Below, piece after piece: positions 35,906-45,418 of a stretch of 62,986 bases of DNA (positions within the stretch are counted from its first letter, which is position 1; each line of letters opens with the position of its first letter). The stretch is from Anaerolineae bacterium. Lineage in GTDB: Bacteria > Chloroflexota > Anaerolineae > Anaerolineales > UBA6663. The DNA is taken from positions 1-62,986 of the forward strand of contig JBBIQY010000006.1 in NCBI GenBank assembly GCA_037442085.1. The letters are read 5' to 3'. The translations under genes and the position numbers were made by a program. The notes beneath the pieces were generated by a model that saw nothing but the letters and a program-made list of their open reading frames with translations, did not search any database and was not told the DNA's origin.

Positions 35906-37426
35906 TCACCGCACCCAGTACACGCGATTCTGGTCGGTGCTGACGGTGGAGGCCTCCACCCACGCGCCGAGGCGCTGCAGCCGGCCCAGGTAAGCCGCCG
36001 GCCCGCGCACGGCCACCCAGCCGCCCAGGTCAAACGGCACGCTGCCATCGGCTGGCAACCACTCGCCGTTGTAACGCCGCGCCAGGTGTACGTGCGTGCC
36101 GGTCGCCGTGCCGCCTTCGCAGGAGGGATGGCCGAGCGGGTCGCCGGTGCTCACGACCGCCCCGGCGCGGATCATGTCCCGCGCCTCGATGTGAAAATAG
36201 AAGAGCACCCAGCCGGTGCCCTCGTAACCGTCGCCGTCGAGGTCGAGCACGACGGTCGAGTCGCCGGCGCGGGCAATGACGCCGGGCGCGGAGGCCAGCA
36301 CGAACTCCTCCGAGGGCTGGCAGCCGGAGATGCCCGCCGGGGCGAAGTCCACCGCCGCCCATGGGAGCTTGCGTCCCCAGGCCGGGTGTGGCCCGCCGGT
36401 GAACGTCCAGATGCGGTCCGGGCCGAACGGCAGGGCCAGCGGCGGCTGCACCAGTTCGCCGGTGAGCACCGGCGGCGGATCCCGCCACACATCCCCCCAT
36501 AACGCCCGGTAGGTCGCCGCAAAACCCTCCGGCCCAACGGCGGCCTCGAATTCGTCGCGCGCCACCAGTTTCGAAATCAGGAACTGCACGGCAACCGTGC
36601 CGGCGTTTTGATACGAGTCGATGCGCTGGGCGAAGGTGTCTATCACCGGGATGTCGGTGAGGACGCCGCTGCGGTAGCCGTAATAACCTTCGCTCAACTG
36701 CTCGGCCACCCAGAGCATTTGCAGATACCAGTCGTGCGCGCCCTGGTCGGGCAGGCGGCCAAAAGGCGCAGCCTGCGGCGCCGGGTTGGTGAGCGCGCCA
36801 GTGCGCCACTCCATCAGCGCCAGGAAGAGCTTGGGGTTGATGGAGTATTGCCGCGCGACATACTCGATCGTTTCGACAGCGCTGCGCTGCTTCTGGTTGA
36901 CGAAGGCGGAGTAGGTCTTGACGGGACCGGGCTGCGCGGCTAGGAAGGCGGCCAGGTCGAAGTCCTTCTGCGCTGGGCCGTAGACGAACTCGCTGTCCGG
37001 GATGATTTTGAACGGCGTGCCGCCGAGCGGCAGATAGTAAGCGGGGATCTGCAGCTCGAGGCCGAGCGGCAAAGTGGTCGTGACCGGCAGGCCGGGGTTG
37101 GCCGCCAGGATTTCGGCGACGGTGGTGTTGAAGCGCACCGCCAGCACCTCCACCGTGTCGCCGTTCTGCGTGACGTAGGGCAGCTTCTCGCCGGGGCCGA
37201 AGATGGTGCGGGTGGGCAAGGGCGTGGCGAAGGCTGGAGATTGGGGAGTGGAGAGTACGGCGGAAAAGGCAGGTGTGGCTTCCGTCTGTCGTTCGAGCGA
37301 GGGCGGCAGCGGAACACGCGTCGGCGCGGCGCAAGCCTGGAGAAGAATCAACAAGCCCAGGAGGAAAGTTGGAGCTCGTCGCCCTCGTCCTTCATCCTTC
37401 TTTCGCCTTCTTTCTTCTGCCTTCAT
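35906..37426 (-). CDS. LysM + M23 (LasA/M23A-like) peptidase lipoprotein, paralogue 1
   Basis: Lipobox LQAC; LysM (YVTQNGDTVEVLAVRFNTT..ILAANP); YSINPKLFLALME; GGPH-x12-D; GTHVHLARRYNG; ATGA overlap with paralogue 2. Confidence 0.88.
   Translation of the reverse strand: MKAEERRRKKDEGRGRRAPTFLLGLLILLQACAAPTRVPLPPSLERQTEATPAFSAVLSTPQSPAFATPLPTRTIFGPGEKLPYVTQNGDTVEVLAVRFNTTVAEILAANPGLPVTTTLPLGLELQIPAYYLPLGGTPFKIIPDSEFVYGPAQKDFDLAAFLAAQPGPVKTYSAFVNQKQRSAVETIEYVARQYSINPKLFLALMEWRTGALTNPAPQAAPFGRLPDQGAHDWYLQMLWVAEQLSEGYYGYRSGVLTDIPVIDTFAQRIDSYQNAGTVAVQFLISKLVARDEFEAAVGPEGFAATYRALWGDVWRDPPPVLTGELVQPPLALPFGPDRIWTFTGGPHPAWGRKLPWAAVDFAPAGISGCQPSEEFVLASAPGVIARAGDSTVVLDLDGDGYEGTGWVLFYFHIEARDMIRAGAVVSTGDPLGHPSCEGGTATGTHVHLARRYNGEWLPADGSVPFDLGGWVAVRGPAAYLGRLQRLGAWVEASTVSTDQNRVYWVR
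37383..37426. repeat. 7-nt pyrimidine-rich tandem repeats forming the N-terminus of M23 paralogue 1
   Basis: cctcgtc cttcatc cttcttt cgccttc tttcttc tgccttc; encodes MKAEERRRKKDEGRG on the minus strand. Confidence 0.7.
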
Positions 37427-39042
37427 CTTCCCGCCGTCACCGCCGTCGCGGCTGAAGCGCAGGTGCAGGCCTCGACCACGCTGCCCTCGCGCTCCAGCGA
37501 GCCGAGGTATTCGCCCGGGCCGGCGCGCGCCACCCAGCCCTCCAGATTGAACGGGACCGCGCCCGCCGCCGGCAGCCACTCGCCGTTGTACTTGCGCGCG
37601 ATGTGAACGTGCGTGCCCGTCGCGCGCCCGCCCACGCAGGAGGGGTGGCCGATCTTGTCGCCGCGCTCGACCAGTGTGCCGGCCGCGATGCGGTTCTCGT
37701 CGGCCAGATGGAAGTAAAAGATGACCCAGCCCGTCGTCTCGCGCCCGTCGCCGTCAAGGTCAATGACCACCGCCCCGCTTTCCGAACGCAGCACGCGGCC
37801 TGCCGCCATTGCCGTCACCCAGGCCGAGGACTCGGTGCAGCCGGCGAGCAGGGACGAGGGCGCGAAGTCGAGCGCGGCCTGAGCGCCGCCGTTCTCCCAG
37901 GCGCCGTGCGGCCCGCCGGTGAAGAACCATGTCTGCCCGCGCGGGAAGGGCAGGGCCAGCGGCGGCTGAGTCAGATTGGCAGGCAACACATCGAAGGCGC
38001 GGGCGAACGGATCGCCGAAGAGGCGGCGATAGGTCGCGCCCAGCCCGCCGGAGCCAACCGCATCATCCCACTGCGGACGGTTGTAGAGCTGGGCAAAAAA
38101 GTATTGCACCGCCGCCGTGCCCGCGTTGAGCGTCGGGTCGAGCCGCATAGTCGAGCCGTCTGGGAAGGTCAGCTCGGTGAGCGTGCCCGTGCGCCAGCCG
38201 TAGTAGCCGATCTCCAGTTGATGGGCCGCCCAGTTCAACTGCGCGTTCAGCTCGGTGCGATAGGGATGCCGGTAGCCGAGCGGACGTTGCCGCAAGGCCG
38301 GGTCGGGCGCGGGGTTGGTCACCCAGCCGCTTTGATGTTCGAGCAGCGCCAGCAGCAGGCGCGGGTTGATGGAGTGCTGTTGGCCGATCGCCTGCACCAC
38401 GTCGCCGCCCTGGCGCGTCAGCTCGTCCACGAAGCCGCGATAACGCGCCAGATAGCCGCCTTGCTGTCTGGCGAAGACCGCTGCGTCGAAGTCCGTCGCC
38501 GTCGGCCCGTAGACGACCTCGGAATCGGGCACGATTTTGTCCGCCGGCCCTGTCTCGCCCAGCACAAGCGGGATGACGAGCGGCTGCCCCGGTGGCAGTG
38601 TAGTCTGTCCGGTGAGCGTCTCCGCGCCGCGGATGTCCTCCGGGTTGACGCCGAAGCGCGCGGCCACCGCCGCCAGGGTATCGCCGGACTGCGTGAGGTA
38701 AGTGACGCTCGGCCCAGACTCTGCCTGAGCAACCGTGAGCGCGGTGGGCGACGGCGACGGTGGGAGGAAGGTGCTGGTGGGCGGCAACGGCTCCGGCGTG
38801 CGCCGGATGGGCGCTTGCGCGTTGACGACCGGCGTCAGCGGTGTGATCGCCGGGAAGAGGCCGTTCACCTGCGCAGCGGAGGTTGCGCCCTGCGCCAGCA
38901 GCAGCCCGCTGAAAACGAGGCCGGCGGCTAGGCACGCCAATAGCGCCAATCCTGCGCCCAGGCTCGGGCCGGCGCTCTTCTTGCGCCCGCCCGGCGGGTT
39001 GCGCCGGATGACGTAGGACATGTGGCGGGGACGTTCAGACAT
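37423..39042 (-). CDS. LysM + M23 (LasA/M23A-like) peptidase, paralogue 2
   Basis: N-terminal hydrophobic anchor; LysM (YLTQSGDTLAAVAARFGV); HSINPRLLLALLEHQSG; GGPH-x12-D; GTHVHIARKYNG. Start uncertain (39087, 39042 or 39021). Confidence 0.88.
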   Translation of the reverse strand: MSERPRHMSYVIRRNPPGGRKKSAGPSLGAGLALLACLAAGLVFSGLLLAQGATSAAQVNGLFPAITPLTPVVNAQAPIRRTPEPLPPTSTFLPPSPSPTALTVAQAESGPSVTYLTQSGDTLAAVAARFGVNPEDIRGAETLTGQTTLPPGQPLVIPLVLGETGPADKIVPDSEVVYGPTATDFDAAVFARQQGGYLARYRGFVDELTRQGGDVVQAIGQQHSINPRLLLALLEHQSGWVTNPAPDPALRQRPLGYRHPYRTELNAQLNWAAHQLEIGYYGWRTGTLTELTFPDGSTMRLDPTLNAGTAAVQYFFAQLYNRPQWDDAVGSGGLGATYRRLFGDPFARAFDVLPANLTQPPLALPFPRGQTWFFTGGPHGAWENGGAQAALDFAPSSLLAGCTESSAWVTAMAAGRVLRSESGAVVIDLDGDGRETTGWVIFYFHLADENRIAAGTLVERGDKIGHPSCVGGRATGTHVHIARKYNGEWLPAAGAVPFNLEGWVARAGPGEYLGSLEREGSVVEACTCASAATAVTAGR

Positions 39043-39043
39043 T

Positions 39044-39106
39044 GGACGATGACGGCGAACGATAGACCGCAAACCGTCGCGGTTCACCGTTCGCGGTCGG
39101 CGGTCT
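39044..39106. repeat. 7-nt tandem repeats with inverted arms between M23 paralogues 3 and 2
   Basis: ggacgat gacggcg aacgata gaccgca aaccgtc / gcggttc accgttc gcggtcg gcggtct. Confidence 0.7.
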
Positions 39107-39108
39107 TC

Positions 39109-40815
39109 TCAAGGCGTTGAAATCGAATTCCCATCACTGCGGCAATCGCACGCTTCCAGGCGCTGGCCATCTTTCACAAGCCAACCATCGTACTCGCGGA
39201 GGGATTCCTGCGCAACCCAGCCATCGAGCACGAACGGGATCGTGCCGTCGGCATTCAGCCACTCGCCGTTGTACTTGCGCGCGAGGTGGACGTGGGTGCC
39301 GTTGCTGAACCCGCCTTCGCACGATGGATGGCCGAGTCGATCGCCGGTATTGACGAACGTCCCGACGGCCACGCGGTCGCGCTGCTCGACGTGCATGTAG
39401 AACAACGTCCAGCCGGTGCCCTCGAAGCCGTCGCCGTCCAGATCCACCACCACCGCGCCGTACTCCGAGCGCACCACCACGCCCGGCGCCGAGGCCGTCA
39501 CCCACTCGTCGGACGGCACGCAGCCCTCGGCCTGCGCCGGCGGCGCGAAATCCAGCGCGCCCCAGGCCGAGCCGGAGTCCCACGCACCGTGTGGACCGCC
39601 GGTAAAGGCCCAAACCTTGCCTGGCTCGAACGGCAGCACCAGCGGCGGCTGGACGAGGCCCGGCGGGACGAGCGGCTCGACCGCGAAGCGAAACGGGTTG
39701 CCGAACAGCGCCTGATAGGTCGCGCTGAAGCCGCCTTCTCCTACCACCTTCAGCCAGGCCTCGCGGCTGGAGACGCGCGCAAAAAAGTTCTGCACGCCGA
39801 CCGTGCCCGCGTTCAACCCCGGCGCGATGATCTTCAGCCCGCCCGTCTCGAAGGTGAAGGCGACCAGCCAGCCCGCGCGCCAGCCGTAATAGCCGAGGTT
39901 GAGTTGATTCGCGGCCCAGGCCAGCTGCCGGAACAACCCCTCGCGCCGGACCTCGACGCGGCGCAGCGGATAGGCCAGCGTGTTCGAGTCCGGGCGCGGG
40001 TTGGTCACCCAGCCGCTTTGTTGCTCCAGCACGGCCAACAGCAGGCGCGGATGCACCGAGTAGCGCGTAGCGACCAGTTGCACGATCTCTGCGCCGGTCA
40101 GGGTGCGCGGCCTCAGCCCGTCGAGGAACACGGCTTCGATCTCTTCCGAGTAGGTCGCGAGATAGCCGCCGCGCGCCCGGATGAAGGCCTCGAGGTTGAA
40201 ATCCGCCGTGCTTGGCCCATAGACGAACTCGCTGTCCGGCAGCAGCTTGAGCGCCGGGCCGACGGCGGTTTTATCCGGCAGCGGGATGAGCAGCACCTGG
40301 CCGGGGAAGAGCGTATCCGTCACCTGCATCCCATTGGCCTGCGCGATCTGCGCAGCGGTTACGCCGTACCGTTCGCCAATCGCGTTGAGCGTGTCGCCGC
40401 GTTTGATCGTGTAGGTCTCGATGTTCTTGCGGTCGAGGGCGGTGACGCGCGTGGCGTCCGGCGTGGGCGAGCCGGCCAGGACGAGCGTCGGGCGCGGCGT
40501 GCGAACGAGGCCGGGCGCGACGGAGGTGGGCGGCTCGTCGAAGGCGACCGTCGGCGCGCTACCTCCCCCACTGCCCGGCACAGGCGTGCGGCCCGACTCG
40601 AAGGTGAGCGGTGTACCGCCCGGCAGGGGCGTGATGGCGTTGTAATCCAGCGGGATGTCGGAGCGGGCGCAGGCCAGCGCGGCCAGCACGCAGCCGATGA
40701 GCGGGATTGTAAACCGCGAAGACGCGAAGGGCGCGAAGAAGAGCCTGCTGCTCTTTGCGCCTTTGCGACTTCGCGCTAGGGACTCACGGCCCGGCTGCAT
40801 ACAATACTCGTTCAC
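39109..40815 (-). CDS. LysM + M23 (LasA/M23A-like) peptidase lipoprotein, paralogue 3
   Basis: Lipobox ALAC; LysM (YTIKRGDTLNAIGERYGVTAAQIAQANG); YSVHPRLLLAVLEQQSG; GGPH-x12-D; GTHVHLARKYNG. Start 40815 or 40800. Confidence 0.88.
   Translation of the reverse strand: MNEYCMQPGRESLARSRKGAKSSRLFFAPFASSRFTIPLIGCVLAALACARSDIPLDYNAITPLPGGTPLTFESGRTPVPGSGGGSAPTVAFDEPPTSVAPGLVRTPRPTLVLAGSPTPDATRVTALDRKNIETYTIKRGDTLNAIGERYGVTAAQIAQANGMQVTDTLFPGQVLLIPLPDKTAVGPALKLLPDSEFVYGPSTADFNLEAFIRARGGYLATYSEEIEAVFLDGLRPRTLTGAEIVQLVATRYSVHPRLLLAVLEQQSGWVTNPRPDSNTLAYPLRRVEVRREGLFRQLAWAANQLNLGYYGWRAGWLVAFTFETGGLKIIAPGLNAGTVGVQNFFARVSSREAWLKVVGEGGFSATYQALFGNPFRFAVEPLVPPGLVQPPLVLPFEPGKVWAFTGGPHGAWDSGSAWGALDFAPPAQAEGCVPSDEWVTASAPGVVVRSEYGAVVVDLDGDGFEGTGWTLFYMHVEQRDRVAVGTFVNTGDRLGHPSCEGGFSNGTHVHLARKYNGEWLNADGTIPFVLDGWVAQESLREYDGWLVKDGQRLEACDCRSDGNSISTP
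40715..40775. repeat. 8-9 nt CGCGAAG repeat hairpin inside the 5' end of M23 paralogue 3
   Basis: cgcgaagacgcgaagggcgcgaag ... ctttgcgcctttgcgacttcgcg. Confidence 0.75.
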
Positions 40816-41350
40816 CCACGCGGACGGTTACAACTTGCGTGCCGGGGTCGAGAGCCAGTGTGGGCAATGGGTCGAGGGTGCGCGTGCTCTCGTCCGGCAG
40901 GTAGCGACACTGCGTCATGAAGCCGCCTTCGCACAGCACAATTGCGTTTTGCTCGGGGTTGGAGGCGGCCAGCACGCCGAGGTGGTAAGAGCGGCCGTTC
41001 GCCGAGACGTGCGCCAACTCGCGGTAGATGAGGCGGCCCAGCGGCAGGGCGGCGGCGATGGCGACGACGGCAGCCACCAGCCCGAGCAGCACCAGCAGAC
41101 CGTCGCGCTTGTAGGGGCCGCGCCGTACCAGCGCATTCGGGATCCAGAAGAACAGCGCCGTGAGCGCGGCCAGCATGACGAAGACGGAGGCCGACAGGGC
41201 CGTGGAGTGGTAAAGCTGCATCAGCGGGTAGGCGACGCTCTGCCCGTCCAACGGCCGGGCCGCCGTCTGCCACAACGCCGCGTACACGAGGGCGATGACC
41301 ACGCAGGCGGCGATGGTGAGGGGGAGCCAGTTGTGCTTGAGCCGGGCCAT
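40784..41350 (-). CDS. Hypothetical membrane protein (188 aa, 3 TM plus small Cys-pair domain)
   Basis: C-terminal part of track ORF 40784..42340, starting MARLKHNW; TATAAT lies 7 nt upstream of this ATG. Confidence 0.75.
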   Translation of the reverse strand: MARLKHNWLPLTIAACVVIALVYAALWQTAARPLDGQSVAYPLMQLYHSTALSASVFVMLAALTALFFWIPNALVRRGPYKRDGLLVLLGLVAAVVAIAAALPLGRLIYRELAHVSANGRSYHLGVLAASNPEQNAIVLCEGGFMTQCRYLPDESTRTLDPLPTLALDPGTQVVTVRVGERVLYAAGP

Positions 41351-41357
41351 GCGTCGA

Positions 41358-41363
41358 ATTATA
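41358..41363 (-). promoter_or_regulatory. Consensus -10 (TATAAT), leaderless start of the LysM-M23 operon
   Basis: 7 nt upstream of ATG 41350; a divergent TATAAT on the + strand at 41434-41439 would serve ftcD. Confidence 0.6.
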
Positions 41364-41500
41364 GCGTGACGCTCCTGAGCGGTTGGTGAGATCGCTTCAG
41401 CCCGACGCGGCCGAGTCGCCGCCGCGCTTCCGGTATAATCCCTTGCGCCGCCGAGGGACTCGACGGCGTTTCGTTTTCGCTCACAATTCTTGGTGAAACC

Positions 41501-43030
41501 ATGCCGCCTCTCGTCGAATGCGTCCCCAATTTCTCCGAAGGCCGCCGTCCCGACGTCATCGCCGCCATCGTCGCTGCGATTCGCGCCGGGGGCGAGGTGC
41601 AGGTGCTCGACGTCAGTTCGGATGCCGACCATAACCGCACCGTCGTCACCTTCGTCGGCGCGCCGGACGCGGTGGAGTCCGCCGCCTTCGCCGGCATCGC
41701 CAAAGCGGCCGAGCTGATTGACCTGAACACGCACACCGGCGAGCACCCGCGCATGGGCGCCACCGACGTTGTGCCCTTCATCCCGCTGCGCGATATCGAG
41801 ATGGCCGATTGCGTCGTGCTGGCCCGGCGGCTCGGCGAGCGCGTTGGGCGCGAGCTGCAGATCCCCGTTTACTTGTATGAAGCCGCTGCCACGCGCCCGG
41901 AGCGCGTCAACCTGGCGGATATCCGCCGGGGCCAGTACGAGGGCATCTGCGAGGAGATCGGCATAGACCCCAGACGCGAGCCGGACTTCGGCCCGAAGCG
42001 CCTCGGCCCGGCGGGTTGTACGGCCATCGGCGCGCGCCAGTTTCTCATTGCCTATAACATTTACCTGAATACGGACAAAGTCGAAATCGCGGACAAGATC
42101 GCCAAAGCCGTGCGCCATCTCTCCGGCGGGCTGCGCTTTGTCAAGGCCAAAGGTTTCCTGGTCGAAGGCCAGGCGCAGGTCAGCATGAACCTGACCGATT
42201 TCACGCGCACGCCCATCGCCCGTGTGCAGGAGATGGTGCGCCGCGAGGCAGCGCGTTACGGCGTCGCGATCACGCGCAGTGAACTGGTTGGGATGACGCC
42301 GCAGCAGGCGCTGGTGGATGCCGCGCAGTGGTACCTGCAACTCGACAACCTGACGCCGGAGATGATCCTGGAGAATCGCGTGGGCGCAGCGCCCTCAGCA
42401 GCGGCTCCAGACAAGGCGGCCGAACTGCGTTTCATCGAGCGGCTGGCTGCCGGGACGGCGACCCCGGGCGGCGGCGCGGCCTCGGCCTACGCCGGCGCGA
42501 TGGCTGCGGGGCTGGTGGGCATGGTGGCACGGCTCACCCTCGGCAAGAAAAAATACGAGCGCGTCTCCGCCGAGATGGCCGCCCTGGTGGAGCAGGCCGA
42601 CGCTTTACGCGCCGAACTGGCCGCCGCCGTGGCCGAAGACTCCGCTGCCTTCGAGGCGGTGATGGCCGCCCTCCAACTGCCGAGGGCGACCGATGAACAA
42701 ACTGCGGCGCGCGATGCGGCGATTGAGCGCGCTTATCACGGCGCCGCTGCTGTGCCGCTGCGCGTGGCGCGCGCCGCTGTGCGCACGCTCGACCTCGCCG
42801 CCCGCGCCGCCGCCTACGGCAACCTGAATGCGAAATCCGATGCGGGCAGCGCCGCCCACCTGGCGCGCGCCGCCTTCGCCGGGGCCGCCCTCAATGTGCG
42901 CGCAAACGCGACCGCCGTGCAAAACCGCAACGCCGCCGAGGCCTGGCTGCGCGAGGTGGCCGAGCTGGAGGCGCGCGTGATTGAACGGCTGGCTGAAGTG
43001 GAGCGAACGTTGAGCGAGCGGAAGGGATGA
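41501..43030 (+). CDS. ftcD: Bifunctional glutamate formiminotransferase / formiminotetrahydrofolate cyclodeaminase
   Basis: LVECVPNFSEGRR, DADHNRTVVT, HTGEHPRMGATDVVPF, QVSMNL, and C-terminal TPGGGAASAYAGA cyclodeaminase domain. Confidence 0.95.
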   Translation: MPPLVECVPNFSEGRRPDVIAAIVAAIRAGGEVQVLDVSSDADHNRTVVTFVGAPDAVESAAFAGIAKAAELIDLNTHTGEHPRMGATDVVPFIPLRDIEMADCVVLARRLGERVGRELQIPVYLYEAAATRPERVNLADIRRGQYEGICEEIGIDPRREPDFGPKRLGPAGCTAIGARQFLIAYNIYLNTDKVEIADKIAKAVRHLSGGLRFVKAKGFLVEGQAQVSMNLTDFTRTPIARVQEMVRREAARYGVAITRSELVGMTPQQALVDAAQWYLQLDNLTPEMILENRVGAAPSAAAPDKAAELRFIERLAAGTATPGGGAASAYAGAMAAGLVGMVARLTLGKKKYERVSAEMAALVEQADALRAELAAAVAEDSAAFEAVMAALQLPRATDEQTAARDAAIERAYHGAAAVPLRVARAAVRTLDLAARAAAYGNLNAKSDAGSAAHLARAAFAGAALNVRANATAVQNRNAAEAWLREVAELEARVIERLAEVERTLSERKG

Positions 43031-44136
43031 GGCTTTTCTCAGCGCCAGGGCGCAGACGAACCAGATTCGCATACGCAAAGGCACAAAGAGATGGCCTCTT
43101 GGCGCCTCTGCTTCTCTGCGCCCTTGTGTCGAGTCTTTCCGCCTGCGCGCCGATTTCGCGCGCTGCGCCGGCGCCGGCTAGCGTTCACGCCACATCGGTT
43201 GCCGCCTCGCCCTCGCCGCAGATCGTGTTCACCACGGTCACGCCCTTCCCCACTTCGCCGCCGTCGCCCACCGCCAGCCCAACCCTCACCGCTGCGCCGG
43301 AAGAAGCGCCGCCCACTCCCAGTGCGCCCTGTCCCGGTCCCGGCCCGGCCTGCGCTTCCGCTGCCGAGCATTTCTGGCTGGCGCGTCCGGTCCCGCCCGA
43401 CGCGAACGTTTATGTGGATCGCACGTACCCCTACGGCTCCACGCAGCAGGGCCAGCGCGAGCCGCATCACGGCGTCGAGTTCGTCAACCGCGCCGGGACG
43501 CCGGTGCTGGCCGTTGCGCCCGGGACCGTCGTCGTGGCCGGCGACGATTCGCTCGTCGCTTACGGCCCGGCTACGCGCTTCTACGGTCAGTTGGTCGTGG
43601 TGCGCCTGGAGCAGGAATTCAACGGGCAGGCCGTTTACACGCTCTACGCGCACCTCTCTGTTGTGACGGCGAAGATGGGACAGACCGTGGCGACGGGCGA
43701 TGTGCTCGGCGCGGTGGGGCAGACCGGCGTCGCCATCGGCCCACACCTGCACTTCGAAGTGCGCGTCGGGCAAAATGCGTACACGCACACTCGCAACCCG
43801 GAGCTATGGCTGAGGCCGCTGACCGGCGCGAACAACACGCCCTACGGCGCGCTGGCCGGGCGCATCACCGACTTGGACGGCAACCTCCTTTACGACTTGC
43901 CGGTCGTCGTGCGTCCGCTCGAGGTCGGTGAGCCGACACGGGCCAAGTACTTCACCACGTATGCCCGCGAAACCCTGAACGGCGACGACGTATTGCAGGA
44001 GAACTTTGCCCTCGGCGACCTGCCCGCCGGGACGTATCGCGTGGCCGTGAGCACCACGACATTCTATGAGCAGGTGGTGCGGATTGAGCCGGGCCGGTTG
44101 ACGTGGATTGGCTTCTCGGTGAGGCCGCTGCCATGA
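43027..44136 (+). CDS. M23B-like peptidase lipoprotein with C-terminal beta-sandwich domain
   Basis: Lipobox LSAC; Pro/Thr linker; HHGVEF, YGQLVVV, LYAHLS, GPHLHFEVR; ATGA overlap with ftcD. Confidence 0.88.
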   Translation: MRLFSAPGRRRTRFAYAKAQRDGLLAPLLLCALVSSLSACAPISRAAPAPASVHATSVAASPSPQIVFTTVTPFPTSPPSPTASPTLTAAPEEAPPTPSAPCPGPGPACASAAEHFWLARPVPPDANVYVDRTYPYGSTQQGQREPHHGVEFVNRAGTPVLAVAPGTVVVAGDDSLVAYGPATRFYGQLVVVRLEQEFNGQAVYTLYAHLSVVTAKMGQTVATGDVLGAVGQTGVAIGPHLHFEVRVGQNAYTHTRNPELWLRPLTGANNTPYGALAGRITDLDGNLLYDLPVVVRPLEVGEPTRAKYFTTYARETLNGDDVLQENFALGDLPAGTYRVAVSTTTFYEQVVRIEPGRLTWIGFSVRPLP

Positions 44137-45242
44137 AATTGGGAATGTGCCATTCGCAGCGCACAATCTATCATCCGCGACGCCACTTCCTTCTGTGTAT
44201 CGCGCATAGCGCCTTGAGCCTCGTCCTCGCCGCCTGCGCGACCGAGACTGCCACGCCGCTGCCTACCGTCGTCGTCAACATTGTCGTGCCCGATACGCCG
44301 ACCGCGACTCGCACTCCACCGCCAACGATCACGGCGACGGTGACACCCGACCCAACACCCACACCTCCGCCGACTCTGACGCCGGAGGCCGCGAACACTC
44401 TGCATACGACCGCTACGCCGACTCCGTCGCGCACGCCCATGCCGGGCGCGCCCACACTCGACCTGGGCCGCTTCCCGCTGCCGCCGGCGACCTTCGGCGG
44501 CGAGCCGCATCTGTTTCTGGCGCGGCCCATCGGCGCGGGCGGCAACGTCTTCGTCGCCTCCAACTACCGCTACGGCTCGACGTGGAGCGGCCAGCTCGAG
44601 ACGCATCACGGTGTGGAGTTCGCCAACGCCCTGGGCGCGCCGATTGTGGCGGTGGGGCCGGGCACAGTGTATTACGCGGGCAGCGACGCCGAGCGACAGT
44701 TCGGCCCACGCCCGAATTTCTACGGCAACCTGGTGGTGCTGCAAGTGGCGCAGGGCTGGCAGGGCCGGCCCGTGTTCGCGCTGTACGGCCATATGGACAC
44801 GGTGACCGTGGCTGCCGGGCAAACGGTGGCCACCGGCGAGGTGCTCGGCACGGTAGGAGCGACGGGAGTCGCTTACGGCCCGCACCTGCACTTCGAAGTG
44901 CGGTTGGATAGCCCGGAGAGCTACTGGGCGACGCGCAACCCGGAGTTGTGGCTGGCGCCGGCGGGCGGGGCCGGCGTGGTGGCGCTGCGCGTGACCAATG
45001 AGCGTGGCCAGCATCTGCCGGGGATGCGCGTCACCTTCCTCTGCTCGGACGGTGCGCAGCGTTTTCTGGACACCTACTGGGACACGAGCGTGACCCCCGA
45101 CGACACGTACGGCGAGAACGCGGCGATGACCGATGTGCCGGCGGGCTACTGCAAGTTCGAGACGCTGTGGGGCGACAAAACCCTCTCGCTCGAAACGACC
45201 ATTGTGGCGGGCACGGTCAATTTCGTTTGGCTGAGGCCGTAG
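44133..45242 (+). CDS. M23B-like peptidase lipoprotein, tandem paralogue
   Basis: Lipobox LAAC; Pro/Thr linker; HHGVEF, YGNLVVL, LYGHMD, GPHLHFEVR; ATGA overlap with the previous gene. Confidence 0.88.
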   Translation: MKLGMCHSQRTIYHPRRHFLLCIAHSALSLVLAACATETATPLPTVVVNIVVPDTPTATRTPPPTITATVTPDPTPTPPPTLTPEAANTLHTTATPTPSRTPMPGAPTLDLGRFPLPPATFGGEPHLFLARPIGAGGNVFVASNYRYGSTWSGQLETHHGVEFANALGAPIVAVGPGTVYYAGSDAERQFGPRPNFYGNLVVLQVAQGWQGRPVFALYGHMDTVTVAAGQTVATGEVLGTVGATGVAYGPHLHFEVRLDSPESYWATRNPELWLAPAGGAGVVALRVTNERGQHLPGMRVTFLCSDGAQRFLDTYWDTSVTPDDTYGENAAMTDVPAGYCKFETLWGDKTLSLETTIVAGTVNFVWLRP

Positions 45243-45418
45243 TTGGGCGGATAAGTCGCCGAACTTACGAGCTTGGCTTTTTACTCTCGGCGTCATCGCG
45301 CACAACATCGAAGAGGCGCTGTTCTTGCCCGCCCGGTCAAAGCACGCCGGTCGCCGGCACGCGAGGCAGTAAGCCGTTCGTTTCGGCCCGGACAATCGGT
45401 TTCGGGTCCTCTACAAAG

